A stretch of 64,000 nucleotides of DNA from an uncultured delta proteobacterium. GTDB lineage: Bacteria; Desulfobacterota; Binatia; Binatales; Binataceae. The notes under the pieces are model-generated. The model saw nothing but the letters and a program-made list of their open reading frames with translations. It did no database searches and was not told the DNA's origin. The stretch is taken from NCBI GenBank assembly GCA_963794325.1, contig CAWCDG010000004.1, positions 1,703,972-1,767,971 of the forward strand, in the 5' to 3' direction. The translations under genes were made by a program, and so were the position numbers. This document shows, piece by piece, positions 47,148-56,749 of the stretch; the first letter of the stretch is position 1; each line of letters begins with the position of its first letter.

Positions 47148-47235
47148 AGCTTTTCACCCCTGATGACATAGAGACTATGCACGCGCCGCAGCACCCTCAC
47201 CTACCGGCCGCGATGCGGCCGGCCTCCTCTCCCGT

Positions 47236-47300
47236 AAAGCTCCCCTCACCCGCGCCAAGGGCGCGACCTCTCCCGCAACTCAGCGGGAGAGGCGAATAAG
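47236..47300. repeat. Hairpin repeat (CCCCTCACCCGCGCC..GGCGCG and CTCTCCCGCAACTCAGCGGGAGAGG modules)
   Basis: Shares modules with 35740-35966. Confidence 0.4.
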
Positions 47301-47349
47301 ATGTCGCGTGGAACGCAACATCCTAACTGGGGCGAGGTATTTCGGAGCG

Positions 47350-49128
47350 TCACTTGCGCGCGGTCAGGCGGTACACGGCGAGTGCTTCGTTCTCCGAGAC
47401 CGGCTCAATCGCGAACTTTCCTTGCAGAGCATCGAGCTCGCCCTTTAACACATCGGCGTATTGCTGTGACTCGGGCGGCGCGATCAGGAGAAAGACCGGC
47501 GTCTTCGCATCAATCGCCGATGCGAGCGAATCCGCCACCGCCGCAGACATCTGATCGCCATCAAAGACGACCGGGGGCACCGGACCGGTCCATCCATTCG
47601 CACGCTTCTCGTACAGGCGATGCAGATGGTAGTCGGTGAACCGTTCGCCCGGATCGAGCGAGTTCAATCCCACGAATCGGCGACTCCCCGCGGGCAGATA
47701 CAATTCGAGAAACTGCAGCGAGATGTTGCTGACGACGGTCGCGTCGGGAGGCATCGTCGAATCCATATCTTCCAGCGTCGAAACCATCACGGAATTGACA
47801 ATGGAAGGCTGCACGGACAATCTCGCCATCACCTCCGACGCCAGCGACACGACCATCAGCACGTCGAGCACGATCACCGCAGCCGCGGTCGCGATCTGAC
47901 TCGCGCTCAGGGTTTTATTGCGCAGCACGTTGCGCATCCAGCGATTCGCCTGCGCCGCTCCCGCACCGGCCGCGATGAACAGTACGAAGGCCGCTGGAAG
48001 AATGAACGCCACGTCGGTGAATAAATAGAAACAATAGAGCCCGGTCAGCGCTGCCAGATATCCGATCCCGAACCACAACAATCGGCGAGCCGCAGTTCTT
48101 TCAGGAGCGCGAAGGATCGCGACGAATCCGACAATCGCGAACGCCGCCGCCGCGAACGGGTAGAGGAAGTAGCGCGCATCACCGCGATCACCGAGCATCC
48201 CGTCGAGCCCGAGCAGCGTGGTGGCGTACACGATCAAATTGCCATGCGGATTTCGCGGCAGCGTAGGACCAAACAGGTACGCGATGCTGAACGTCTTCCC
48301 GCCCGCGCCATAGACTTCAGGCACCCACCACGAGTATCCACTCGCGAACGCGCTTCCGAGATTGAGCTCATTCTGATGCAACTGCCACGCGACCGGAATC
48401 GAGAAACCAATTGCAATCGCGATTCCCGCTTTGAGCAGGCTGGAGAGATCTTGACGCTCCAACGGCACCATCAAAACGCACACCGCGAGACCGACGAGGA
48501 TGGTGGCGTTGGTGGGGCGGATTATCGTCGAGAACCCGGCCAAGATACCGAATATCAACCATGCGCACACTCGCATCCAGCTCGGCAGCCGGCTCACGTA
48601 GCCCGACGTCGCAACCATCATCATCACCGCAGCGCAAATCGTCACGAACAACGTGGGCACGTCGCTCATCACCAGCGACGAATAGGTGATGAACACCGGG
48701 GAGAGCGTGAGCAGCAGCGCCGCAATCGTCGCCGCTAGCCCCCGGAACAGGCCGCGCGTCAGCATGAAAACGCCGAGCACCGAGAGCATCCCGAGAACCA
48801 TCGAAGTGTAAGGCCGGAAATCCGCGCCATTCAATCGGTAGAAAAATTCCAGAATCAGCGGGTAGCCGCCGGTATAGCGCGACGGGTAAGTATATCCACC
48901 GAAATGCAGCACCGCACCGCGACCCTTCGCCAGGTTCACCGCCGACGCGGCGTACTCGAGCCCGTCCGGCCACGGCATCAGCTCCAACCCCCGCCGCCAG
49001 CCGGCAAACAAAGTCGTCAGGGCCATCAGCAACATGATTGCCAAGAGGACTGCGAAGCTCAGAAAGTCGCGGCGGGATATCGCCAGACCGGACGCGGCGG
49101 ACGGCTCCGATGACTTCGCGCGACTCAT
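47350..49128 (-). CDS. Glycosyltransferase family 39-like (ArnT/PMT-type) polytopic membrane protein
   Basis: Multi-TM N-terminal half with an ArnT/PMT_2-like signature region (YGAGGKTFSIAYLFGP / GYPLILEFFY). Confidence 0.7.
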   Translation of the reverse strand: MSRAKSSEPSAASGLAISRRDFLSFAVLLAIMLLMALTTLFAGWRRGLELMPWPDGLEYAASAVNLAKGRGAVLHFGGYTYPSRYTGGYPLILEFFYRLNGADFRPYTSMVLGMLSVLGVFMLTRGLFRGLAATIAALLLTLSPVFITYSSLVMSDVPTLFVTICAAVMMMVATSGYVSRLPSWMRVCAWLIFGILAGFSTIIRPTNATILVGLAVCVLMVPLERQDLSSLLKAGIAIAIGFSIPVAWQLHQNELNLGSAFASGYSWWVPEVYGAGGKTFSIAYLFGPTLPRNPHGNLIVYATTLLGLDGMLGDRGDARYFLYPFAAAAFAIVGFVAILRAPERTAARRLLWFGIGYLAALTGLYCFYLFTDVAFILPAAFVLFIAAGAGAAQANRWMRNVLRNKTLSASQIATAAAVIVLDVLMVVSLASEVMARLSVQPSIVNSVMVSTLEDMDSTMPPDATVVSNISLQFLELYLPAGSRRFVGLNSLDPGERFTDYHLHRLYEKRANGWTGPVPPVVFDGDQMSAAVADSLASAIDAKTPVFLLIAPPESQQYADVLKGELDALQGKFAIEPVSENEALAVYRLTARK

Positions 49129-50654
49129 CGCGAGACGACTCCGCGCGCGTCGGCGCGTGGCTCATCGTCGTACTGCTCATCCCGCGCGTCGCGCGGATGC
49201 TCTACCCAACAATATGGGTCGAGGACGATTTCTACCTCGAGAGCGCGTGGCTGGTGAGCGTTGGGATGCGCCCGTACCTGGATTTCGTTCAACCGCATAT
49301 GCCGCTGCTCGAATGGATCGCGGCAGGTTACCTCAAGTTGTTCGGCGCAAGCTATCTGTCGATCGAAATCCTGAACGAGGCCGCGATCTTCGCAACCAGC
49401 CTGCTGACCTACGCGCTCGCGCGCCGAGTCGCCGGCCGTCCGACCGCGATCGCCGCGTCGATTCTGTACGCCTACAGCTCGCTGGTCTTTCGCTACCACG
49501 CGTACGAGCGCGAGAGCTTCGTCGCGCCGCTGCTTGTCCTCGCCGCGATCGTCACGCTCGACGATACGATGCCCGCGATACGCCAGGCCGTTTTGGTTGC
49601 TCTCATTTTCTTCGTCGCGTGCGCAATCAAGCTGACCGCCGGGATTGCGTTCCCGGTGATGCTGATTTTCATCGCATACCCACAGGCTAAAGCCCGTGCC
49701 ACTGGCGCGATCGTATCGGGCTTAGTCTTCACCCTCGCGCTCGGCGCATTCAGCGCGATCCTCTATTCGCTCTACGGCAACGAGTTCATCTTTCAGACTT
49801 TCGCGTTTCACTTCCTGAAAGGGCGCGACCTTGCGCTCGACACCGCACTTTTCCCGCGCATGATTCTCGACGTGCTGGTACCGATGTTCATCCTCGGATG
49901 CTGGCACGTCTTCGCCGATCGCATTTTCAATCGCGGGACGATTCTGGTGATCGCGATCGTCGCCGCCGAGTACGCGTTTTACGGCGTGCTGAGTCCGACC
50001 GCATGGGCCCACAACTATCTCGAGGTGCTGCCATTCATCGCAATCGTCGCGGGAATCGGCGCATCGGCTCTCGCACACGCGGCCGCGATATCGCCACGAC
50101 GATGGCAGTCGATTGTAGGCGGTGCGGCGTTGATCCTGATTTCTCTCATCTGGATCGCGCCGATTATCAACGAGAACTGGCTGCATGGCAGCGTCTATGG
50201 ATTCGGCTTCGTGCCGCGCGCCGAAATCTCCAAGGTCGCGGACGCGTTGCGCGCCGCCAGCAAACCGGACGACGACGTGATCGCGCCGTCGTTCCTGTGC
50301 TTCGAAGCCAACCGCCGCGAATTGATCCGCTATCCCGAAACCTACGGCGTCTATCGCGAAGCAGAAGTGGAATACGATCGCGACGGTTTCTTCGCCGCCC
50401 GCCGCCACATGGGCGCCGCCGATTTCTTCCAGCTGATCTCGGACACGCGTCACTTCTGGACCGATCAGATGCGCGCCGCAATCGTCGGCGGGAAAGTCTC
50501 AGCGGTCATCAGCGACTCACCGATCCAACTGTTCCCGCTGGTGCTGGTCCCCGAAGATTTCCTGACAAGCAACGGCTTCCGCCCGATGCTGATTACCGAT
50601 CACTTCACGCTGTGGACCCGAACCCCCGCGCCGCCGGCGACGCCAAATCAGTAG
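49110..50654 (+). CDS. Glycosyltransferase family 39-like (ArnT/PMT-type) polytopic membrane protein
   Basis: ORF 49038..50654; probable start at 49110 (MTSRDSS). Multi-TM protein of the same GT-C style as its neighbour; the two genes diverge with overlapping 5' ends. Confidence 0.7.
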   Translation: MTSRDSSRDDSARVGAWLIVVLLIPRVARMLYPTIWVEDDFYLESAWLVSVGMRPYLDFVQPHMPLLEWIAAGYLKLFGASYLSIEILNEAAIFATSLLTYALARRVAGRPTAIAASILYAYSSLVFRYHAYERESFVAPLLVLAAIVTLDDTMPAIRQAVLVALIFFVACAIKLTAGIAFPVMLIFIAYPQAKARATGAIVSGLVFTLALGAFSAILYSLYGNEFIFQTFAFHFLKGRDLALDTALFPRMILDVLVPMFILGCWHVFADRIFNRGTILVIAIVAAEYAFYGVLSPTAWAHNYLEVLPFIAIVAGIGASALAHAAAISPRRWQSIVGGAALILISLIWIAPIINENWLHGSVYGFGFVPRAEISKVADALRAASKPDDDVIAPSFLCFEANRRELIRYPETYGVYREAEVEYDRDGFFAARRHMGAADFFQLISDTRHFWTDQMRAAIVGGKVSAVISDSPIQLFPLVLVPEDFLTSNGFRPMLITDHFTLWTRTPAPPATPNQ

Positions 50655-50667
50655 GGAGAGGAACGTA

Positions 50668-50757
50668 ATTGAATGTGAAACCCTCCGCGGGTTTCACGCT
50701 TCCGCGGCAGGGGTGACCCCTGCACCCGGTGCTAATCGCGAAATGTTGAGGACAACC
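50668..50757. repeat. Mosaic hairpin repeat (ATGTGAAACCCTCCGCGGGTTTCAC + GGCAGGGGTGACCCCTGCACC + GCGAAATGTTGAGGACAACC modules)
   Basis: Near-identical module copies at 53786-53845, 56775-56845, 32616-32680 and 26644-26720. Confidence 0.65.
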
Positions 50758-50780
50758 TTTCGCTCTGAGGTTCCTGATAT

Positions 50781-50858
50781 TAGTGGCACAGGCTTTAGCC
50801 TGTGATTTTCTGGTCCATGCAGATCAGGAAAGAATCACAGGCTAAAGCCTGTGCCACT
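50781..50858. repeat. Perfect 27-bp inverted repeat with a 24-nt loop abutting the anti-sigma gene stop
   Basis: tagtggcacaggctttagcctgtgatt (50781-50807) is the exact reverse complement of 50832-50858. Confidence 0.7.
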
Positions 50859-51885
50859 ATTTCGAATGCCAGGTCGCGCCGCCGTCGGAAGTCGCGAAAC
50901 TCTTTCCGCGCTCCGTTGTGATAGTTGCGTCCTTCGCGCTGCTCGCCAACACCCGCGTAAGATTGTCGCTGATGGGCGCTGTGATGCGCACCCAATGATC
51001 GCCACCGTCTGTCGTGCGGATGATCGTCCCGCTAAGACCCACGACCCAACACACAGTCGCCGACGGCGCCGATCCCGCAACGAGATCATTGCTCACACCG
51101 CTCTGCTGCAGCCTCAACCCGGAATTGCTCGCGTCGCGTCGCCGCACGAATCCATTCTTACCCACGATCCACGTGACAGATCGGTCGGGCGACATGATCG
51201 TGACGAGCACTTCACCACCGATCGCTCCACCCGCGCCAGCGCCAGCCGGGGCCGCCTGCGCGACCATCGCGCGTGGGCCTGGAACCTGCGCGCTCTCCAT
51301 TCGATGGAGACGCGCGCCGCCGCTCATCGCTTCCGCGCGAGGCGCCAGCTGCGTCTTCGCTTCATTCATCGCGAGCTCGTTCGAGGCTGGCGGCGCAGAT
51401 GCGGGAGCGGGCGCGGCAGGTGCGGACGCTGATTCGGCGGCTGGCGATGCGGGCGCAGGTGCGGGCGCCCTTTCCGCAAGTTCGACGGCCGGAGCTTCAT
51501 GCTTCGCCATCGCGACGAGCTGATCGCTTTGCGGCTGCTCATTCACGGACTGCCGTATCGCGACGAAAACGAGCAGCGCAGCGACGGCAGCGAGCGCGGG
51601 AATCGCGATTCGCCATCTTCGATACCACGGGACTTCAGATGCCGACTCCAAGCTGCGCGCACTCTCGCCGGCGCGAGCGATATCGGCCAACAGCAGCTGG
51701 CATCGCATGCAATCGGCGAAGTGCGTTTCCAGACGATCGCGTTCCGCCGCCGCCAATGACCGATCGCTGTACGCTGCGAGCGATTCCGCGTCGGCGCATT
51801 CGGGCGTAGCCGGACCGGCTTGCGCGCGCATCGCACGGCGCAGAATCGGGTCGAGCTGATCGTTATTTCGATTGGCCGGCGTCAC
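50857..51885 (-). CDS. Anti-sigma factor with N-terminal zinc-finger (HxxxCxxC) and C-terminal BNR/Asp-box beta-propeller-like domain
   Basis: HFADCMRCQ motif, a central TM helix and an Ala/Pro-rich linker. C-terminal Asp-box repeats (TTDGGDHW, TSDGGATW). Sits immediately downstream of a sigma-70 family gene. Confidence 0.6.
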   Translation of the reverse strand: MTPANRNNDQLDPILRRAMRAQAGPATPECADAESLAAYSDRSLAAAERDRLETHFADCMRCQLLLADIARAGESARSLESASEVPWYRRWRIAIPALAAVAALLVFVAIRQSVNEQPQSDQLVAMAKHEAPAVELAERAPAPAPASPAAESASAPAAPAPASAPPASNELAMNEAKTQLAPRAEAMSGGARLHRMESAQVPGPRAMVAQAAPAGAGAGGAIGGEVLVTIMSPDRSVTWIVGKNGFVRRRDASNSGLRLQQSGVSNDLVAGSAPSATVCWVVGLSGTIIRTTDGGDHWVRITAPISDNLTRVLASSAKDATITTERGKSFATSDGGATWHSK

Positions 51886-51949
51886 GTCGTCACTATCCTT
51901 CTACACTTTGAACGTGCGGCCGCCCGAAAATTGCACTGTGATTGTTGCC

Positions 51950-52813
51950 TCATTTGGGGTCCGGGAGCGCGCGCGACAGATCGATCTGCAAATCGCCCGC
52001 AGCCCAATCATAACACAGCAGGATCTGCTCGCGGCTGAGCTGGTTGCCCTCGCGCAGCGCGCGCTCGATCTCGCGTTTGAGTCCATCGCGCGTGCGTGCC
52101 AACCGGCGCGACACCGTGGATTCATGCTCGTCCATCACGCGGCCAATCTCCTTGAGCGACAGGTCGTGCCGGTAGTAGTACGCCATCCGCATCCGGTCCC
52201 GCGGCGCGAGCGACTTGAGCGCATTGTCGAGCGCTTCGCCCAGCATCGCGACGTAGCGGGCGCGCTCACCGGATTCCTCGCCATGGTCGTCGCTCGATGC
52301 AGCAGCCTGATCGGCGTGATCGTCCAGCGGCGCGATACGGCTCTGAGAGCGGATGTAATCGACGTGGCGCTGCGCCAGCACCGCTCGCATCCAGGTGAGA
52401 AGAGAGCTGCGGCCGTGAAAGTAGCTGAGGATCGAGCGGCGGCGACCGTCGCGAACTTCCATCCCGTACATCTCGGCCCACAAAGAATCCGCGAGATCGC
52501 GGCCGCGGGCCTCATCGCCGGCAATCGCGCGCGCCGCGGCATAGAGCTGCGGCCTGAAACCCGTGATGAAATGCTCCCACGGCGCGGATTCGCCGTGCTG
52601 ACACGCGAGCGCGAGGCTCAGGTCTTCGGCGTGGATAGCGTCGATGAACGAATCGATGCCGGCCTCGAGCACGCCGGTCGCGCACGCGCCGCGATAGGCC
52701 GTATCGCGGAGCGACTCGTCGCTGACACCCCATCGAGCGCCGCCCGCGCGTTTGCAAAGCCGCTCCAGTGCGCGAGCATGTCGCGCGACGAACTCTGGCG
52801 GCGCTTCGCTCAC
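51950..52813 (-). CDS. Sigma-70 family RNA polymerase sigma factor (ECF-like with N-terminal extension)
   Basis: Region 2 (LTWMRAVLAQRHVDYIRS) and region 4 HTH (LSLKEIGRVMDEHESTVSRRLARTRDGLKREI). Confidence 0.8.
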   Translation of the reverse strand: MSEAPPEFVARHARALERLCKRAGGARWGVSDESLRDTAYRGACATGVLEAGIDSFIDAIHAEDLSLALACQHGESAPWEHFITGFRPQLYAAARAIAGDEARGRDLADSLWAEMYGMEVRDGRRRSILSYFHGRSSLLTWMRAVLAQRHVDYIRSQSRIAPLDDHADQAAASSDDHGEESGERARYVAMLGEALDNALKSLAPRDRMRMAYYYRHDLSLKEIGRVMDEHESTVSRRLARTRDGLKREIERALREGNQLSREQILLCYDWAAGDLQIDLSRALPDPK

Positions 52814-53276
52814 GTTGGTCGCCGACTTACCACGCGATCGAGGATAGACAAGAGGACGCGCATTCGGAATCGTGCGCGCAAAGAATCTGCGTGCGGCTTC
52901 GACGAGCCGTTCTTAAAGGAGAACAGTACGGGAACCCAGTCCGCGCGTATCGCGCGTCTGAGTCTAGCGGTCCGCCCCCGCGGATTAGCCGGCGGTGGTG
53001 GAGAGGTAACTCGCCAGCATCAGGGCCCCGACCGTCAATGCGGAACCCATGACCACGAATACCGCCATACGCGCCATGCTGCTCATCGCAGATTCTCCTG
53101 GCGAAAAGCCCCCTGAAAGGCTGGCTTTCCGCAACTTCGGACATTACCACGCCTTATCTGACAAATCAGTTAGCGCGATGCTCCACAGTCGTCAAGAGGG
53201 GCGATAGCGGGGTGCAAATTCAGTCAAACGTCGCTGAATTTGCTTGTTGCTTCGGGATAGGAGAGAACTCGGAACG

Positions 53277-53771
53277 ATGAAGATGATGCGCAGATGGGTT
53301 GGACTGATCGGGGCCGGGGTGCTCGCGATGCTCTTGTTAGCGGCGTACGCGCAAGCGGCGGATGACGACTCGGCAGCGGTGCAGAATCAGATTCGTATCG
53401 CGCTCGAGAAGTGGAAACTCGATTTCAACGCCCGCGACGCGTCGCAAGTCTGCGCGCTATTCGCTCCGGACTTAATTTCCAATTTTCGCGGCGAGCCCGA
53501 AGACACCTACAACTCTCTATGCGCCAATATGCAGGCCGCGCTGACTGACCCGGCCAAGACTTATCACTACGAGCTGGAAATCAAGGAGATCCTGGTCTCG
53601 GGCGACCTCGCCGTCGTAAGGCTGGTGTGGACGCTCCACGTGCACCCAAAAGACAACACCGCATCTGGAACGACGACTCGCGAGCCCGGCATGGACATCT
53701 TCCGGCGCCAGCCCGACGGCAGTTGGAAGATATCGAGATATATGGCGTATGAGTCGCCGGGTCCGACGTAG
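53277..53771 (+). CDS. Secreted SnoaL-like/NTF2-fold (DUF4440-like) protein
   Basis: ORF 53244..53771. Signal peptide, then an NTF2-like pattern (IRIALEKWKLDFNARDASQVCALFAPDLIS ... DIFRRQPDGSWKI). Confidence 0.5.
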   Translation: MKMMRRWVGLIGAGVLAMLLLAAYAQAADDDSAAVQNQIRIALEKWKLDFNARDASQVCALFAPDLISNFRGEPEDTYNSLCANMQAALTDPAKTYHYELEIKEILVSGDLAVVRLVWTLHVHPKDNTASGTTTREPGMDIFRRQPDGSWKISRYMAYESPGPT

Positions 53772-53785
53772 AGAGAGGAACTGAT

Positions 53786-53845
53786 TGTATGTGAAACCCT
53801 CCGCGGGTTTCACGCTTCCGCGGCAGGGGTAACCCCTGCACCTTG
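53786..53845. repeat. Mosaic hairpin repeat (ATGTGAAACCCTCCGCGGGTTTCAC + GGCAGGGGTAACCCCTGCACC)
   Basis: Same modules as 50668-50757. Confidence 0.65.
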
Positions 53846-53902
53846 GAATTAAGAAAGATGCGGGGCTTCGCCCCTGTTAGAAGGGGCTAAGGGGAAGTGT
53901 CG

Positions 53903-53946
53903 GGCGCCGAGCGATCCTTTGTGATCGCTCGGCGCCTTTATCTTTG
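53903..53946 (+). terminator. Rho-independent terminator candidate between convergent genes
   Basis: 14-bp perfect stem ggcgccgagcgatc / gatcgctcggcgcc with loop ctttgt, followed by TTTATCTTTG. Confidence 0.5.
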
Positions 53947-53949
53947 TGG

Positions 53950-54462
53950 CTAGTGCTTCTGATCGTAGTGGCGCTCGGAGGCCATATAGCGGTATGGGTG
54001 CGACTTCCAGTCGTGGCGCGCTATTGGATGATTCTCGAGGTACTCGTGCAGTCCCGGGTGACTGTCGAGGTAGCCATGATTGTCGACGAGTGCCGGGTCC
54101 TTCTCGAGCTGCCGCGACACCTCGGGATGCGAGTCCATGTAGCGATCAGTGGTTGCCAGCGGATGTCCGCCGTTCCATTCGCGATGGTCGTGACGCCATT
54201 CGTCGCTCATGAAGCGGTACGGATGCTGCTGCAGGTCGCGTCTTACTTCCGGATGCGCCGACATGTAGGCGTCGAGACCCGGATGAGTCGCGAGGAATTG
54301 CGGGTTATCCGCCAGCGAAGGATTGGCTCCCAATTGATGCGCGACTTCGGGATGCTCGTCGAGGTAGCGGTTGTCGAAGTGGCCGACCGGGCCGGCGAAG
54401 GCGGTCGCGCTAATCGCGCCGGCGAAGGCTATCGCCGCTAAAATTGTGATGGATTTTTTCAT
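53950..54462 (-). CDS. Secreted protein with internal HPE/HPG repeats
   Basis: Signal peptide. Repeated HPEV..L..DP.L.DN..YL..HPGL..YL..HP..R.D...HPYR.M..E units. No family assigned. Confidence 0.45.
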   Translation of the reverse strand: MKKSITILAAIAFAGAISATAFAGPVGHFDNRYLDEHPEVAHQLGANPSLADNPQFLATHPGLDAYMSAHPEVRRDLQQHPYRFMSDEWRHDHREWNGGHPLATTDRYMDSHPEVSRQLEKDPALVDNHGYLDSHPGLHEYLENHPIARHDWKSHPYRYMASERHYDQKH

Positions 54463-54684
54463 GATTGATCTCCTGTTCTAGCAACGCGCGTTTTGCGCTG
54501 TTGTTGGTTGCTGCGATGAGAGTGAGACGGGGTGTATCGCGGATTCGTTTACATCGCGTCGGTGGAATTTTGATCGGAGCGTGTAAACGAACATTAAGGT
54601 TGTTTCGTCAAATGGGTCGGGAATTTGTAATATCGGTCGCGGGCCGATTTGTTTCAGTTTTGACGCGTCCCGGGACTGATTACG

Positions 54685-55254
54685 GTGGAGCTTTCCGATG
54701 AGGACCTGTGCAGGAGAATCGCCGAGCGCGATGCGGACGCATTCGAGCTCATGGTCGACCGCCATCAGGCGCGTGCGTACCGGCTCGCGGCGTCAATCCT
54801 CGGCAACGAGGCCGACGCGCGCGACGTCTCGCAGGACGCGTTCATTCGCTTGTACGAGTCGGCGGCGCAGTTCGATAGGCGATCGCGCTTTTCGACCTGG
54901 TTCTACCGGATCCTGGTCAATTTGTGCATCGACCATCAGCGCAAGAATCGATGGTGGAAGCGGCTGTCGCCGCTTGCGACTCCCGGAATCGACGACCCCG
55001 ACGAACGCGCTTTCGATCCGCCGTCGAGCGAGGCCGGTCCCGAAGAAGACGTGATGTTGAAACAATCGATAAGCCGGCTTCGTCCGGCGCTCGCGAAGCT
55101 GTCGCCGCAACAGCGTGCCGCCGTCTTGCTGCAGACGCAGGAGGGGCTCTCCAGCCGCGAGATTGGCGAGGTGCTCAAGTGCTCGGAAGCGACCGCGCGC
55201 GTGCATGTGCATCGCGGGATCGCGCAGCTGCGCAAATTGATTTCGAACGACTGA
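54685..55254 (+). CDS. ECF-subfamily RNA polymerase sigma factor
   Basis: Region 2 (FELMVDRHQARAYRLAASILGNEADARDVSQDAFIRLY...WFYRILVNLCID) and region 4 (LSSREIGEVLKCSEATARVHVHRGIAQLR). Confidence 0.9.
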   Translation: MELSDEDLCRRIAERDADAFELMVDRHQARAYRLAASILGNEADARDVSQDAFIRLYESAAQFDRRSRFSTWFYRILVNLCIDHQRKNRWWKRLSPLATPGIDDPDERAFDPPSSEAGPEEDVMLKQSISRLRPALAKLSPQQRAAVLLQTQEGLSSREIGEVLKCSEATARVHVHRGIAQLRKLISND

Positions 55255-55259
55255 CCACG

Positions 55260-55817
55260 ATGGCTACTACTCATCCAGAGACCGAACTAATCCCGTATCT
55301 GCGCAATGAGTTGAGCGCGGATGAACGCGAGCGGGTCGGGGCGCATCTGGCGCGATGTGCGCAGTGTCGCGAGTCGGCCGAGGCGTCGTCGGCGATGCTG
55401 TCGAATCTCGCGCGTGTGGTCGATGACGTCAGTGAGCCGGATTGGGCGGCGTACCGCGGCGAGCTAAGACGCAAGCTGCGCGCGAGCCAGTCACCGAGCG
55501 CAAGCGTTCGCGGCCGGTGGCGATGGCGGCGAGAGGACCTTCGATTGCCGGTCTTCGGCTGGCCGTCGATGGCGATGGGCGCGGCGGCGGTCGCCGTGCT
55601 CGCGATCGCAATCGTGATGCATCGTGGGGCAGGAAGTTCGCAAGCACCCGGCGTCGATCAGCTCGAACTGCAACAGGAGCTGAGCAGCACGGATGTCGGC
55701 CTGCTGGCGAATTATCACGTCGTCGAGCATCTCGATTTGCTCGAGAACTACGACGTGATCGAGCATCTGGATGAGCTGGGGCCCGGGAATCGCCAGAACA
55801 ATGAAACGCCTTCGTAA
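55260..55817 (+). CDS. Anti-sigma factor (zf-HC2 type, single TM)
   Basis: ATG 6 nt after the sigma stop. HLARCAQCRE zinc-finger motif and a TM helix (MAMGAAAVAVLAIAIVM). Confidence 0.7.
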   Translation: MATTHPETELIPYLRNELSADERERVGAHLARCAQCRESAEASSAMLSNLARVVDDVSEPDWAAYRGELRRKLRASQSPSASVRGRWRWRREDLRLPVFGWPSMAMGAAAVAVLAIAIVMHRGAGSSQAPGVDQLELQQELSSTDVGLLANYHVVEHLDLLENYDVIEHLDELGPGNRQNNETPS

Positions 55818-56085
55818 AGTGGCAGCGACGACGCTCGTGGCGGTCATACTGGTGGTTTTCGAAAATGGGAGGATTTCGGCGCAGGAGGCGCCGCCGGATT
55901 TGAAAATGCTGATGAACCTCGACCTCTTCGAACCACGCCATGGTGGCATCGCAAGGCACGCCGGGGGCGGGCGCATCAGGCGACGACTCGATGCTCGATC
56001 AAATTCGCACGCTCGACGCTATGGGATACCTGGGAAATCACGACGACGTGGACGCAGAAGATCTGCCCGCTCCAAGAGCGGCTAG
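55801..56085 (+). CDS. Small hypothetical secreted protein (weak call)
   Basis: ORF 55771..56085; MKRLRKVAATTLVAVILVVF is signal-like. An alternative ORF at 55940..56182 lies in another frame, so this call is very uncertain. Confidence 0.2.
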   Translation: MKRLRKVAATTLVAVILVVFENGRISAQEAPPDLKMLMNLDLFEPRHGGIARHAGGGRIRRRLDARSNSHARRYGIPGKSRRRGRRRSARSKSG

Positions 56086-56178
56086 CGTGCCGCCCGGTGC
56101 GGAAGATGTCGCACCCCCCAAGCCGGCTCCGCGAATGCCGTCGAGCCATCCGAGCAACGACGTCGAGGGGCCGCAAGA

Positions 56179-56748
56179 ATGACGCGAGGCAGGCATATCG
56201 CGAGTGCGTTGATCGTCGCGGCGTTGATCCTGTTCGGAATTGCGCCGGCGACTTCCGCCCATGCGCAATCGTCACCGCCGGCGGGATCGTCGATGCCCGC
56301 GAGCGACGCCGAGCGCGCGCTCGCCGCGCAGCATCCGAAGGAGTGGGCAAACCTGACGCCCGATCAGCGTGAGCGCGTGCTCGAGAATTACCGGCGATGG
56401 CAATCGATGCGCCCCGAAGATCGGCAGCGCGTCCAGCAGAACTTTCAGACGTTCCGCAATCTGCCGCCTGAAGAGCGCAAGCGAGTGCTCGAAGGATTGC
56501 GGAGGTGGCGCCAGCTTCCGCAGGCACGTCGCGATGAATTGCAGCACGACTATGCGCGCTGGCGCGGTCTGCCGCCGGATCAGCGCGACCGGATGATGAA
56601 GCGATATCAGCAATTCGAACAACTGCCGCCGGCGCAGCGCCAACGAATGATGGCCAACTGGCATCGATGGCAACAGATGACCCCCGAGCAGCGCCGCGAA
56701 GCACGTCGCCGCCTGGGATTGTGGCGCCGACATCCGCAGCAGCCGTAG
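56179..56748 (+). CDS. DUF3106-like periplasmic repeat protein
   Basis: Signal peptide. At least five repeats of the form RW..LPP(E/D)(E/Q)R.R(V/M) that are typical of DUF3106. Its position after an ECF sigma/anti-sigma pair fits known context. Confidence 0.6.
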   Translation: MTRGRHIASALIVAALILFGIAPATSAHAQSSPPAGSSMPASDAERALAAQHPKEWANLTPDQRERVLENYRRWQSMRPEDRQRVQQNFQTFRNLPPEERKRVLEGLRRWRQLPQARRDELQHDYARWRGLPPDQRDRMMKRYQQFEQLPPAQRQRMMANWHRWQQMTPEQRREARRRLGLWRRHPQQP

Positions 56749-56749
56749 C

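Noticed and set aside
55940-56182. 80-aa ORF overlapping 55771..56085 in another frame
   Set aside because: The two short ORFs are mutually exclusive, and neither has strong support. Only the signal-peptide-bearing one is listed, at very low confidence.
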